From contig NC_068984.1 in the NCBI RefSeq assembly GCF_001194135.2, forward strand, positions 46,792,310-46,856,309: a stretch of 64,000 nucleotides of DNA. The letters are read 5' to 3'. The translations under genes and the position numbers were made by a program. Within the stretch, counting starts at the first letter, position 1, and each line of letters begins with the position of its first letter. Origin of the DNA: Octopus bimaculoides (Eukaryota). The notes under the pieces are model-generated. The model made no database searches, was not told the origin of the DNA, and was given only the letters and a program-made list of their open reading frames with translations. This document shows, piece after piece, positions 13,270 through 25,959 of the stretch.

Positions 13270-13430
13270 TGGGTTTCAACTATTCACCTTTACTTCATTT
13301 TAATGACCCCAGAAGGATGAAACAGGTAAGTTAATCTAAATGGAATCCGAATTCAGAACTTAATGTCGGACGAAATATTGCTATGCATTTTCTCCAACAA
13401 TCTGACGACTCAGCAAGTTTGCCACCTTTT
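13270..13430 (-). mobile_element. SINE family B, decayed
   Basis: aatgaccccagaaggatgaaa...gaattcagaac..gtcggacgaaatattgctatgcatttt...gccacctt. Confidence 0.65.
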
Positions 13431-13947
13431 AATAGCAACTTCAAAATTTGTGACATGGCCCGCAGTCTATAGAAGGGGTGTTTAGTCGATAATCACTCTG
13501 TTGGAATCGTCATTCTTGCATGTGACATGAAATAACATCAACTCTATGTGTGGCCATTCCACCTAAGGGAAAATAACAAATGACACACTTAAATATTAAG
13601 ATTAAATTCCAGCAAACATTAAATTAGCAGAACTACAAAATTTATTGTCCCATGCTCTAACGACATACTAAGAAAGATCTATCGAACCCAAATCTTTTAA
13701 ACTATAGTATAATTGCAGCTATTGCAAAACACTTTAAATGAAACATCAGTCTCAGTATTTTGCCCCCTTTCCTGCCAATATATTCTTTTATTCATTTCAG
13801 CTCTGTGGCTTCCGTCATACTGGAGCACCACCGTGACTAGCAAATACATTTGCTTTTCTTAAATAACACCAACAAAGAAGTGTCCAACTTTCTCTTGTAT
13901 GAGTTCTCTGGGTGAAACAGAACAACTCGCACAAAATGAAGCAACAA

Positions 13948-14009
<62 letters not shown>

Positions 14010-14842
14010 TATTTCTATAAAAAATAGTTATCAGTTGACTCAAGAAAACAAACAAGAGAGTTGAGACTGAATGGATGCGACACCGAATAAACAACCTGGA
14101 TAGCACTGAATTAGCAAACCACACAGCAGTAAGACAGCTAGAAAGAGAAAATTTTAAAAAAATAACAACTCTCTGTTGATATTCGTTTGAAGGTTTTTAT
14201 CGGTAATCGTGACGATGGTGTTGTCGTTAATGTTGGTTGGAGGTGTTGATGAAGGTGATAGTTGTTTTAGATTTAATTGTAGTTATTGTGACTATATTAA
14301 TGACAATTACACGATTCTTGATGAACGTAAATACGAGGAGAAAACGTTGTCTTCGAAAATTAATCATGAATTGTATCTGTTTATAAATTATTGCTATATT
14401 CATCATTTTTGGGGTATCTTTTTTCTTTCGTTATTATCGTTATTTTTTAGATATTCTGACAACATGGTTTGAAAGGTATAATTATAAGCGGGTGTGATCA
14501 TATACTTTGATTCCAAAGTTGCATGAAATGTAAATTTCATATTAAAAATACACGGATTATAGAACTTGAGAAAACTATTTTCTCATTTCTAAAGCAACAA
14601 TGACAACTCATCAATTATAGTCAACATATTATATGAAAAAACTCCGTCAATACAATAACATATTATTCACGTGCATAACGCTACGGCCATGAAAACACAG
14701 CATCCCTCAGAACGCTTACAAATATTGATAATGCAGAACATGTAAAACTACGAAGAAAAGCTCATATTATGTCAATTGATAATAGAACAAATGTGGCTCG
14801 AGAAGTAACTTTTGTACTGTTCTCTATTGAGATTATATGTGC

Positions 14843-15027
14843 TTCTTCTTCTTCTTCTTCTTCTTCTTCTTCTTCTTCTTCTTCTTCTTCTTCTTCTTCT
14901 TCTTCTTCTTCTTCTTCTTCTTCTTCTTCTTCTTCTTCTTCTTCTTCTTCTTCTTCTTCTTCTTCTTCTTCTTCTTCTTCTTCTTTTCTTCTTCTTCTTC
15001 TTCTTCTTCTTCTACTACTACTACTAT

Positions 15028-15060
<33 letters not shown>

Positions 15061-15183
15061 AACTAATACTGCTGCTGCTGCTGCTGTTACAACAACAACA
15101 ACAACTACTACTACTACTACTACTATTACTACTACTACTACTACTACTACTAGTGCTGCTGCTGCTGCTGCTGCTGCTGCTAG
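14843..15183. repeat. Compound microsatellite (TTC)n-(TAC)n-(TGC)n-(AAC)n-(TAC)n-(TGC)n
   Basis: Read directly from the sequence; it explains the poly-S/F/L/K ORFs. Confidence 0.97.
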
Positions 15184-16772
15184 TGCAAAAAACCGTGTTA
15201 ACTGGAACGACTCATGTACTGAGAAGTGCATTATCGCTGTGAAAACAACATCCATTCATGAATTTATTTATTTATTAATTATTTTACATACATAATTTAC
15301 CTTTGAATTTGCGTGTGTAAACTGCGAAAAAATACAATAAGCTTCTCTGCTGTAGATGTACGGAAAACCCTCGGCGAGAAATGGAAGAAAATTTGAAGAA
15401 AGAAGAAAAAAAAAACAACTTAATAATAATATCAATAACAATGATATCAATTATGACAACAATATAGAGAAAATAATATTGTCAGTAATAACTCTAATAG
15501 TAATAAAAGGAATGATGCTGGTGTTAGGAACAAGAGTAGAACTGGTAATAATTGCAAACCTAACGTTGATAAATATGGCAGCTGGTGCCATGCGCCACTT
15601 TAATTGCAAGGACTATGGCAGTCAAGTAGCCAACAGTATTAATCATGATATTGTGCGTCAGCAGAGAACATCAGCCTCTAAGTTCATTAAATTTATATGT
15701 AACACTACTAGCCACCCTAGAAGCAACAATGGTATTAGCGTTGCCTATGAAACCATAAGCCGTAATAGTGATAAAGAAGCAACTAATCCGGATAACATCC
15801 TTATCGATTCTAACATAAATGGAAATTATGTAGCTATGGATGATCAAGGTAACTGTTTTAACTTCATCGTTGCAATGGTAGTGCTATTACTACTAACAAT
15901 AATCCCGCTGTCTCTTTCTAAACACCGGATATTTCGGGTAATACCCTCGGATCTAATAGTAGTTATCACTCTCTGTGGTCCTTGAATAACACTAGTTTTC
16001 GTGCATCCCTTAAATTATGTAATTGTCCAAAAGAAAAAAAAAACTGATATGCTCCCTACATAGTCTTTGCCTCACTAAAAATATTATCCATAGATGTGAC
16101 GTATTAACAGGCCTAAACACTTTAAACTTGATCTGTTCTACTTTATGCAAATTTAAAACGAAGAATATATAATGATTCTTATACTTTCAACTAGAGTAAT
16201 AATACTAAGGTTACATCAGTTGTATAAAAAAATGGGGAACTAAAAGACAAAAAAATTAGATTCCAAATGATCCGAAGCAAAATAAATTATGTATCGCTGT
16301 ATTTAAATAATAAGTATGAGTGCACCCTTTAATGCACTAAATTATGGAAAATGCTTTAATATTCAGGTAATATCTGTAACAATTCTAATGAACTTAGAGT
16401 GAAATGCTCGTATCACATTACAAGCGCATTTTAATATACTATAAATCATTTACCGAACAGGCTTCGAAACTACTATTTATCTCTAACTTCATAGATTGTT
16501 AAAACTCTACTCTGTATCGTAGTGAAATATAATCATCTCATTTAAATACTATTCAAATCTTTAAATATTATTGACGTGATTATTGAAGTCAAATTAAGAG
16601 ATCGGACTCTTGGTTACGCATTCTCATTATATTTGTTTGCAAATTCTTTATTCAATAACTAGCGAAATATTTAATAATCCGTTGAATCACCTCCTAAGCT
16701 TCTATTAGTACGTGTATATGTGTGTGTGCACGCATACACTCACACATGAATATGTGGGTGTGGATTCATGTG

Positions 16773-16809
<37 letters not shown>

Positions 16810-16966
16810 NNNNNNNNNNNNNNNNNNNNNNNNNNNNNNNNNNNNNNNNNNNNNNNNNNNNNNNNNNNNNNNNNNNNNNNNNNNNNNNNNNNNNNNNNNN
16901 NNNNNNNNNNNNNNNNNNNNNNNNNNNNNNNNNNNNNNNNNNNNNNNNNNNNNNGATCTTATATAA

Positions 16967-17009
<43 letters not shown>

Positions 17010-19237
17010 CATATATAAGAAGAAAGTAATTAGCTACGTCATTACTATAAAAGATCACTACATATTTATATTTCTAAATTCCTGGTTATTGTGATATTTC
17101 CTGTTTACAGGCAGCGATATTATTTTTTGAATGGACCGCTGTACGTTATATTCGATTGTACTTTCTGTTATTTCCGTGTGCTTAATTTCTCTAACATTCT
17201 CTAACAGCAAAGAATCTCTCACACTGTTGTTTGTATATATACACGTTTGTGTACTTATAGCAATTAAAAATAGGAATCACGTTCATTAGAAATGATCGAA
17301 TACATATTTATTTTCATATACATAGCACTTCACTGTCTATTTTCTTCAGCAATATTCCTCTTTTTATTGAAATATGTTATATCTCTAAAGAGTAGTATAT
17401 GAAATATCTATGGCAAGTAATATTTACACTGCATTAATTTACTAGTGTATATTTTTTGATAATTATATTTATTATTACTGTACATAATTTAGGCGTGATG
17501 ATAAAACCTGCCTCATATATCCCCGAAATATTTACCCCCCCCCCCATATAATTTTCTATTTGGAACGTTGATTATCTTACAATATCCCCGTAGAAACTTT
17601 CAAAGCTTTACCGTATCAAAATATTTCCTGTTTTGTTTTAGCTTGTGTTGAAGTTTTAACAATTTGCTGTGCACGCAAATTCACATCCTAAGTATAATAA
17701 CATGCAGAATGAGAAACATAGAAATAGTCGTACGGCCTCCAATTCTCTGTATTAATAGAGCTTCTTGCAGGAAGCTATTGGTTATAGGAATTTAATTTTT
17801 TGTTTTCTAGCAGAATCTATTATACAACATTTGTCAGTAGAACATTAAACTACAGCGAAAATATAGCTTGTTGATCGCAACTTGGAAATACCATACATCT
17901 TTAGAAAGTATTGACAAGTAATTCAATTCACTAACATAAACTACAATTATTAAAATGGATTCAAATCAAGTTCTTTAGTGAAACGACATTTTATCAGAAA
18001 TTCTCGTCCATGTAGTTACACCAGTCACATCATGATTTTCTTCTCACATAAGTATAAAATGATATATTGAATTTGCAATCATCTGCACGTATATTAAAAA
18101 ATCCTATGTGTTCGTTTTATGACAATCGGCATCTTTGAAATGATAAGTAACGCCTTACAATTTGACTGAAACATTATTGCCTTAAAGATATTCAACACCC
18201 ACGTCAAATGCTTGTTTTAGAATGATATTGCTATGTAAACGAACTGATCATATATAGTATGCCTATCATGAAGATCAGTGAGTAAATAATTACAAACCAC
18301 AGAGTTGTTAGAACGTTACTTATTCATTTGACTGTATTAATGAGCAGTTTGCGAAAATAAGAGCTCCGTTGATGAACAAGTAATTAATTAACAAGAGTAG
18401 AAATAAGTTACTGCTTTGATTTAGATGTAGTACTTCGTGATAAGTTTAAGTTGGCTGAATTAGAAATTATTGAACAGTGATTAAATGACAAATACGGAGA
18501 AGCGGTAAATTTTCATGCGCGAGATAGAGTATTATATAACAAAGAGATTGTTAGTAGTTTTATTTACTCATGAAGTTATTTTTTCAATTATTTTCATACT
18601 GTGTTAGATATTTTCGTTGATATAATTATCTAATATCAATTAACAGCTTGCCTATATGGACTACAGAGAATATCGATGAATATGGATACTATTCTATTAG
18701 TATTAATGAATTATATTGGTTGTAATATTTTGTTAAATCTCGACTTTTAAATAATCAGAATATATTTGTCAGGAAACGTGCTTAGATATATTTATTGGAA
18801 ATTCACACATTTTTCATAAGACTAATTACGTGTCTATTATGCAATTATTACAGTATCTTAATTTACCATCGTTAATTCTACTTCTACTAATCTAATCCTA
18901 TATGAGTTTGCGTTTCGTATTTATCAAGTGCATTTCAAGTCGCTGAATATATCTGAAATATTTAATATGAGTTGCAACTATTTTGGAGAGGCGACTTCTG
19001 CATACATACACAATTACATACCTACATGCACACAAAATACATACATATTTACATACATATACATAAACACGCAAACAGGCACCCATATACATATACATAT
19101 ATGCATATTATATGCATTATCAATATATATGTTTGCATGGAAATTTAGGTGTGTATTTGTGTTCGTGTGGTGTTGATGTATACACGAACCTGTGTAGATT
19201 AGGAACAACTTAATTTTAAATGTATTATTGAAGAGAA

Positions 19238-19468
19238 ATCGTTGAAGGTGGTGAACTGGCAGAATCGTTAGCGCGCCGGGTGAAAAGCTGAGCGTTATTT
19301 CGCCGGTCGGTACATTCTGAGTTCACATTCCATCGAGGTCTACTTTGCCTTTTATTCTTCGGGGTCGATAAATCAAGCACCAGTTGAGTACTGGAGTCGA
19401 TCAAGTCGAATGGCCCCACCTCCTCCAAAATGTCAGGCCTTGTGCCTATAGCAGAAAAGATTATTGGA
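19238..19468 (+). mobile_element. tRNA-derived SINE family B (Deu/Nin-domain-like), near full length
   Basis: aaggtggtgaactggcagaatcgttagcgcgccggg head; tttgccttttattcttcggggtcgataaatcaagcaccagttgagtactgg core; aggccttgtgcctatagcagaaaagattatt tail. Confidence 0.85.
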
Positions 19469-19729
19469 GACACGGCTTGGTTCACAGCTGATATCTGTTT
19501 TTAGGAGCTGTTTTGAAATTTCCTTAGTTTTTATTTTTTTATTTTCAAATGGAAATGTAGTTTTCCTCCAACCATATGTCAAATTAATTTTCGAAGGTAG
19601 CTTAGCTCCATCATAAGAATTTTTTTTTAATAATGTAGTTTGACGTGTTTCCGTGTACATTGCACCGGTACCGTGTAAGTTTCATTGAATTATCTTTCAC
19701 ATTTTTTACCCTGAATTTCAATATTAGTT

Positions 19730-19925
19730 TCTAATTTTGGCAGAAGGCCAGCAATTTCGGGAAGGGAGTAAGACGATTACGTTTATCTAGTGCTCAATTG
19801 GTACTTATTTTATGGGCCCCCGAAAAGTGTAAAGGCAATAGCGATTTCAGCAGAACTTGAACTCAAAACGTAAAACTGGACTAAACGCTGTTAAGCATTT
19901 TGCCTGACGTGCTAACGATTCTGTC
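19730..19925 (-). mobile_element. SINE family B
   Basis: Reverse-complement match to 19238-19468, so the two form an inverted pair about 260 bp apart. Confidence 0.8.
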
Positions 19926-21412
19926 ATAATCATTGCGCTTAAATTCATATGGTTTTCAGGATAGGGACCATTTTCACAATTTTTACATGCTAAATTATGT
20001 TCTTAATCCCAGTCTTATTACTTATTTAGACATCATGGCGATATATTTATCGTGATCAACAACAACCAATAGGATGTTAATTTAAAAAACAATTTTAAAA
20101 TGCATGTAAATGCTTTTGCGTGCCGCAAATAATGAATACACGTATAAATTCTAGATATCCGTTGCTAAATCACTTATTAAATGATTTTATATTATGCAAT
20201 ATCTAAAGAAACCCTACAGAGGAAATTATAAGGTTAAAAGAAATATTAGCTGACCCTGTACGCAACAAACGAATGTCGTACTCTACACTAAACAAATATA
20301 TCTTAATTAGTCAAGAAATCCAAATGCAAATCTCTTACCTCATTCAATCGAATACTCGCCATCAGAGCATATTACATAAACATGAGAATGAAAACCAGTT
20401 TCTATACGATAAAAACTGCAAAATACTAATGTACTTCAAAATACTAATGATATTTACAAATTACAACATGGAAGTTGTAATCTTTTTGAGTCAAACTACT
20501 AGATTGGACATAAAAAATACTACATTTACAGTTTCACCAACCGCTTTAAATAAGAATCCTCGCAATATGCTATAATGTGGCATGTACAACAAAAATCAAT
20601 AGAAAATCAATACGTGACAACACTCAATTTTATACTAAATTTCGCAAAATGTGAAGGAAACCCATGAATGATTTCCTAAGAGAATTATATAAGCTAAATA
20701 TCAATTCACATATACAACACACGGAAAAGAAATATAAATCTAACAGCCTGTTACACTAAATAGTTTTTAAATCCGGTATTGAGGTGACGAAACAAAGCTA
20801 GCAACACCCCATGAACATTTGCGATTCAATGCAAATCGCATGGAAATACATTGTCCATCAATGGATAGAAATATGATAGCTTCGAAATGTAAATAAGCTA
20901 ATGGATTTCAGAATGTTAAATCCACTATCACATTCTCAATCTCGCAATACTGGCATTCCCTCACACAGTATTAACTACACTGAAATAAATGTCAGTTTAG
21001 TTTGTAAGTGGGATTGGATATTGCAAAATTTTAACGGTTATTAGATCATACAACGCTACACATGCACGCACTCACTCAGAAACCAAACAAACACTCATTT
21101 TTACACGCGCAGGACAAGTATACGTTCAAAATCGGTTCTGCAGGTAAACTTGATTACGGTAGAGAGGAGGGCTATTTTCTTACAGTTGTTGGTATTGTAT
21201 ATCGGTAAGGTAACGAACATCGGAAAAAAAAGTGCCCATCTTTGTTGTTGCATATTAGAATCGAAGCTTATTAAGGTTATATAATGAATATCACACTTCA
21301 CGCTCATCCACACAACCAAACAACCGGAATATTCTTTATCATTTCAATTTCATGCAAGCAAACGTGCGTATAAACAGGGCAAACCGAGATGGTTTCTCAG
21401 AAGTAAAAGAGT

Positions 21413-21469
<57 letters not shown>

Positions 21470-21559
21470 TGTGAGAGAAAAAGATAAAGTGATTGAGAGA
21501 AAGAGAGTATTCGCTATTGTAGTAACATGTATTTATTGTGTACATAAAGAGAAAATGTG

Positions 21560-22130
21560 CACTCACTGAAGTATTGTCATGTAGTTTCTAGCCAATGTAC
21601 AAGTGAGATGTTCTTGTTATATTCATATTTGGGTTTGTTCGTTCTGGAACCTTCCATTTGATGAAGTCTATGTTCTTTGTCTTGATTTTCTGCAGACATT
21701 TCAACACAGCTGTAGACATACTCTTTTCTTTGTCACTATAAGAGGAAATATAGCTCGAAATTTTAAATAAAATTTCTGTCAGTCATTCCAGTGTATACTT
21801 TTTAATTTACTGTTCATGTTACATTGGACCTGTCCGCGATTCTTTACTGTTACAAGGCCGTTTGAGTTGAGCGGACATGATACATCACTGCATCTGTTAA
21901 TATAGATGGTTTGCCTGTTATTATATATTTAAATTTACATTTGTCACTATAGGTCACTTTGAGTTAATTGATTAAATATGGTCCTGTAACTATTTTGGTT
22001 GGATAAATGTTTGTACATCAACTGGAGGAATTTTTCTCTGTTTTATACACATTTGCGTTTAATCCGAAAGGTGCAGTAAAAAAAAAGCGTGTTATGTGCC
22101 CTAGATTTGTGGTAGGAATTAAGAGGTATC
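21560..22130 (-). mobile_element. Penelope-like element, RT C-terminus plus GIY-YIG endonuclease (decayed; FNPPF-type lineage)
   Basis: Minus-strand pieces: TAPFGLNANV..KFLQLMYKH..TIFN..LKVTYS; CPLNSNGLV; KKYTGMTDRNF; DKEKSMSTA..KIKTKNIDFIKWKVPERTNP. These match the PLE linker and GIY-YIG layout. Confidence 0.75.
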
Positions 22131-22186
22131 GGTGTGTAACTAATCATAAATGCGAAGCCGCTACTTGTTAAAGCATTATTTTACTT

Positions 22187-22330
22187 TATTTACATTCGAC
22201 GGATATTTGTCCTCATCTTGTTTGCTGTTAACACGACGTTTAGTCTGATATACCCTCCAGCGTCCTCCAGGAGTCTTGGGGAAATTTCGAACCTGGGTAC
22301 TCATTCCTAAGGTATTTTTCGATGTTATTA
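22187..22330 (-). mobile_element. PLE-type terminal repeat with degenerate hammerhead remnant (22230-22276)
   Basis: Minus strand reads aataacatcgaaaaataccttaggaatgagtacccaggttcgaaatttccccaagactc-ctggagga-cgctg gagggtatat cagac-taa-acgt-c-gtgtt. It is homologous to 23568-23683 in the opposite orientation. Confidence 0.7.
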
Positions 22331-22342
22331 TTATTATTATTA

Positions 22343-22392
<50 letters not shown>

Positions 22393-22394
22393 GT

Positions 22395-22770
22395 TCGCAG
22401 CTTTGCGATGTTCGTCGACCATTATTTTGAAGGGGCGCCATGTTTCGCCTTTGTATAACCTACCACAGCTGCACGGGATGGAGTACACGCAGTCTTTGGT
22501 CATGTTCTCTTCTCTTGGTGGTTTTACTCGGAAGAGATATTTGCAAATGTTGTATTCCTCTTGAATACTGTCCTGTTGTCATATGGGCCGCATATCTTTT
22601 GTATCTTTTCGGAGAGGCCTTTCACATTGGGTATACAGACTGTGGACAGTTTGTTGGTATCATTCTCTCTCTTCTTCATAATTGGAGTGGATAGTATACT
22701 GTTGCTTAACAGATCGTTATTGAGCTTGATCATTTCTTCGTGGTGTGTATCACGATCGCTACTTAGCACG
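22395..22770 (-). mobile_element. Penelope-like element: RT tail plus N-terminal half of GIY-YIG (inverted segment)
   Basis: ORF track: STVCIPNVKGLSEKIQKICGPYDNRTVF and MTKDCVYSIPCSCGRLYKGETWRPFKIMVDEHRKAA (VY..Y.GET motif). Confidence 0.9.
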
Positions 22771-23006
22771 ACGCGAGGAGACGTTGATAAATCGGTTATA
22801 GCTGATCATGTATGAAAAATGGAGACCACCTCCCCCTGTGGGATGAAGTTAAAATAATACACAGAGAACACCACTGCAAAATATTACAACTAAAAGAAGC
22901 AGCACATATGCTAGGACACAACAACCTCTTAAGCAGACCGAGTGCAGATATGAGCAGCATATGGGGACCGGTATTAAGCAAGGATAGAAAAATATTAGAG
23001 TTATAA
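22769..23006 (+). mobile_element. Penelope-like element: C-terminal half of GIY-YIG
   Basis: TRGDVDKSVIADHV/KNGDHLPLWDEVKIIHREHHCKILQLKEAAHMLGHNNLLSRPS...*, the direct continuation of EHRKA on the opposite strand. Confidence 0.88.
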
Positions 23007-23080
23007 GCACTAAAATTCACTACATAATTGCCAACGGGCATATGACGTAGTGTTTAAGAGTTCGAATCCAAGCAGTGACC

Positions 23081-23169
<89 letters not shown>

Positions 23170-23172
<3 letters not shown>

Positions 23173-23555
23173 GATCTTGAAATAGAAATTAGCAAAATTT
23201 GGAAACTGAAGACGAAAACAATACCTATTGTCATAGGTGCCCTGGGAATGACAGCGAAACGGGCTGATTACTACCTAGCTCAGGAAACCCCAAAATGGCT
23301 GAAGTTCAAAAGATAGTGCTCATGGCAACTGCCCATATCCTACGTAAAATACTGTCTATGTGATCTCAAATTTTAAAACAAACACATAATTTTCTTATGG
23401 TTTCTTAAACATTCACTAGAACAAAACTGTACAAATCCAAATATATGGTACCCTAGGCATAACACCTACATGAACTTCTAACTTGTTGTCTCTTGAGGTC
23501 TCTGGGTGAGACTTGGATCCAGCTTCTACAAATGCAAAACAAAAGTCAAACATAA
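23170..23555 (+). mobile_element. 3' end of R4/Dong-like LINE within an (AAT)n tract
   Basis: KDLEIEISKIWKLKTKTIPIVIGALGMTAKRADYYLAQ / NPKMAEVQKIVLMATAHILRKILSM*, then about 190 bp of 3' UTR. (AAT)n lies on both sides (23083-23170 and 23556-23572). Confidence 0.9.
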
Positions 23556-23567
23556 AATAATAATAAT

Positions 23568-23718
23568 AATAACATCGAAAAATACCTTAGGAATGAGAAC
23601 CCAGGTTCGAAATTTTCCCAAGATACCGAAAGGTTGTGCTAACAACAAACAAAATGAGGACAAATATCCGTCGAATGTAAATAATGTACATAATTCCTCA
23701 TCTCTTAAATATAGAACT
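23568..23718 (+). mobile_element. PLE-type terminal repeat, hammerhead region deleted
   Basis: aataacatcgaaaaataccttaggaatgagaacccaggttcgaaattttcccaagatac|cgaaaggttgtgctaacaacaaacaaaatgaggacaaatatccgtcgaatgtaaata; same family as 22187-22330 but lacking the CUGA-stem II segment. Confidence 0.75.
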
Positions 23719-24657
23719 GAATTATTTTACTATTCTTATTCAACCAAACAGAAAGTTTACCTTGATATTTTAACCAGCCAGTTAATCAGTTGAGTATCAA
23801 GATTAGGAACGTATATTATTGCGCTCAGTACAGATGGTAAATAGATATGAAAGTAGTCCACTGTGAAGTCTCACAGAAAAGTTTAAATATGTGCACCAAA
23901 AATATAAATGCTTTTGTGTCAAATGTGTGAAGTCTAAATTAGGCGTATCATATTTGAGGTTCATACATTTGTCGGTTCAGAGATAAATTTCGGAGCAGAG
24001 GGCAGAAGGTGATTAAAATAATGTGATGCATTTTATGGCAGTGATGCTGGCGTTCGGCGTGTTAAAATAGCAATTTCTCCCTAAATCATCGTTATAATGA
24101 CGGAAGATCATAATATAAAGAGTAATCCAAATTGTACGAAATTGCCTTCTGTCCTCTGCACCACAATGTATCCCCGAACCGATAAATTAATGGAACTCAA
24201 ATATAATACACTAATTAAGAATTGAGAAATTTGACGTGAAAGTTATTTGATATTTAAAATTGTCTGTAAGATATTACAGTAGACTGCTTTCTTATCTGTT
24301 TATCAACTTTACTGAGTGCAATAATATACGTTTCTAACCTTGTTATTGAACTCAACTGAATGGTTAAACATCAAGGTAAACTTTCCATAAACTATATAGA
24401 GATGTTTAGCATTGAAAATATATTATATATCATGTCATTATTGTTTCTTTATAGGGTAACATATACAAATATATCGTATGGCACATTAGTTCAAGAGTGG
24501 TTCAGCAAGTAGCAGCCTCACAGTTATGATTAGTTACACACCAATACCTCCTAATTCTCAACATAAATATAGAGTTTAAAGATCACTGTGTTGTGTTTCC
24601 ACTTTTCGCATTAAACCCAAATAAGTATGAAATAGAGAAAAATTCCTTCAGTTGATA

Positions 24658-24666
24658 TCTAGATAG

Positions 24667-24752
<86 letters not shown>
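24658..24752. repeat. (AGAT)n tetranucleotide microsatellite
   Basis: Read directly from the sequence. Confidence 0.97.
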
Positions 24753-24753
<1 letters not shown>

Positions 24754-25469
24754 CATGTGTGTATTTATAGAGTATATATCCAGGCGGTGCAGCTAGTGTG
24801 TCGAACGGTAGAGCTTGACGTATCCGATCAGACTGTGTATTCTGACAACAGCAGCGCGACAACATGCACGCACATTCAGCTACTAACCTAAAAGAAAACC
24901 GTTACCCTATCCTACAAGAGAAATGTTCATCTGCTGCAAAACGTGGACAGCATTGACTGAAGGGTAGGCTAAAGTATATATCCATGTGACTGTTGAAAAA
25001 TGACTACGTTTCAATCAGAATTTGGCCACTCAGCATTATAGTAGGTAATTATTTACTATTAATTTTATTTTGTTACCAATGCTTAGTCACATTGAATATG
25101 TTCAAAACCATTCATTAATCAATGATTCTCTTTTGTGCTCGATTTTTTATATCCGTTGAATTTTGTTTCGTGATATCTTTGATGTATTAGCTTGCGTTGA
25201 TAAATGGTGAAATTTTGACAAGCGCTAGAATGGGGCCTCACAGGTCAAACACTTTCTGTGACTTCGTTTCCATTCTAAATTTTAGCCATTTAACTGCACA
25301 CGCATTAAACGCCTACCTTCCAAACTGAGAAATGTATTTAAGTATAATAATATCAAGATTAATAATCCCGGGCAAGTGGAAAATTTCCAAATGTGACATA
25401 TGTGCTTTACATTTATAAATTCATAATTTTCCGTTCCTTAGCAATGACATATAGGTGATACTACTACTA

Positions 25470-25530
<61 letters not shown>

Positions 25531-25809
25531 AGTTGCTGCTGCTGCTACTGCTGCTGCATATGTTAATGAGGATAATACTAAAAATAACGAACGCCTCCCT
25601 AAAAGTAATACGGATAGCCTCTACTTACGAAGGAAATAGGAGGCAAGGATTCGTTAAATGCAAAATACATCATTAGTACTGAAATTTGGTTCTGAAGCAC
25701 TACTAGATGACTAGTGAAGAAATAATGTTATTTGTGGTCAGCTATATTGAAGAAATTAGAAATGTTGCATTTCTAAATCAATCAGAGAGAGTTATGCAGT
25801 AGCAGCACG

Positions 25810-25915
25810 ATAAAGTGACGGTTTGTTGTCAACTTAATGTGGCAGTCACAGAACAGTAGTATTCTTCCCTTTTCTGGGACTGTCACATTAATTTGGCAAC
25901 AAACCGTCACTTTAT
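25810..25915 (+). other. Isolated hairpin: 44-bp inverted arms with an 18-nt loop
   Basis: Arms 25810-25853 and 25872-25915 differ at 4 of 44 positions; two of these form G:U wobbles if the + strand is transcribed. Confidence 0.9.
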
Positions 25916-25959
25916 ATTGAAGAAGTTACTGCAGAATTCAGGAACAGTCACTATAAACG

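Noticed and set aside
13590-13700. Another R4-like C-terminus (IPANIKLAELQ)
   Set aside because: Only about 11 residues of similarity; too decayed to support as a feature.
21175-21212. 19-bp micro-exon (TTACAG|...|GTAAGG)
   Set aside because: Splice-like motifs alone are common at this scale; no linked exons or product.
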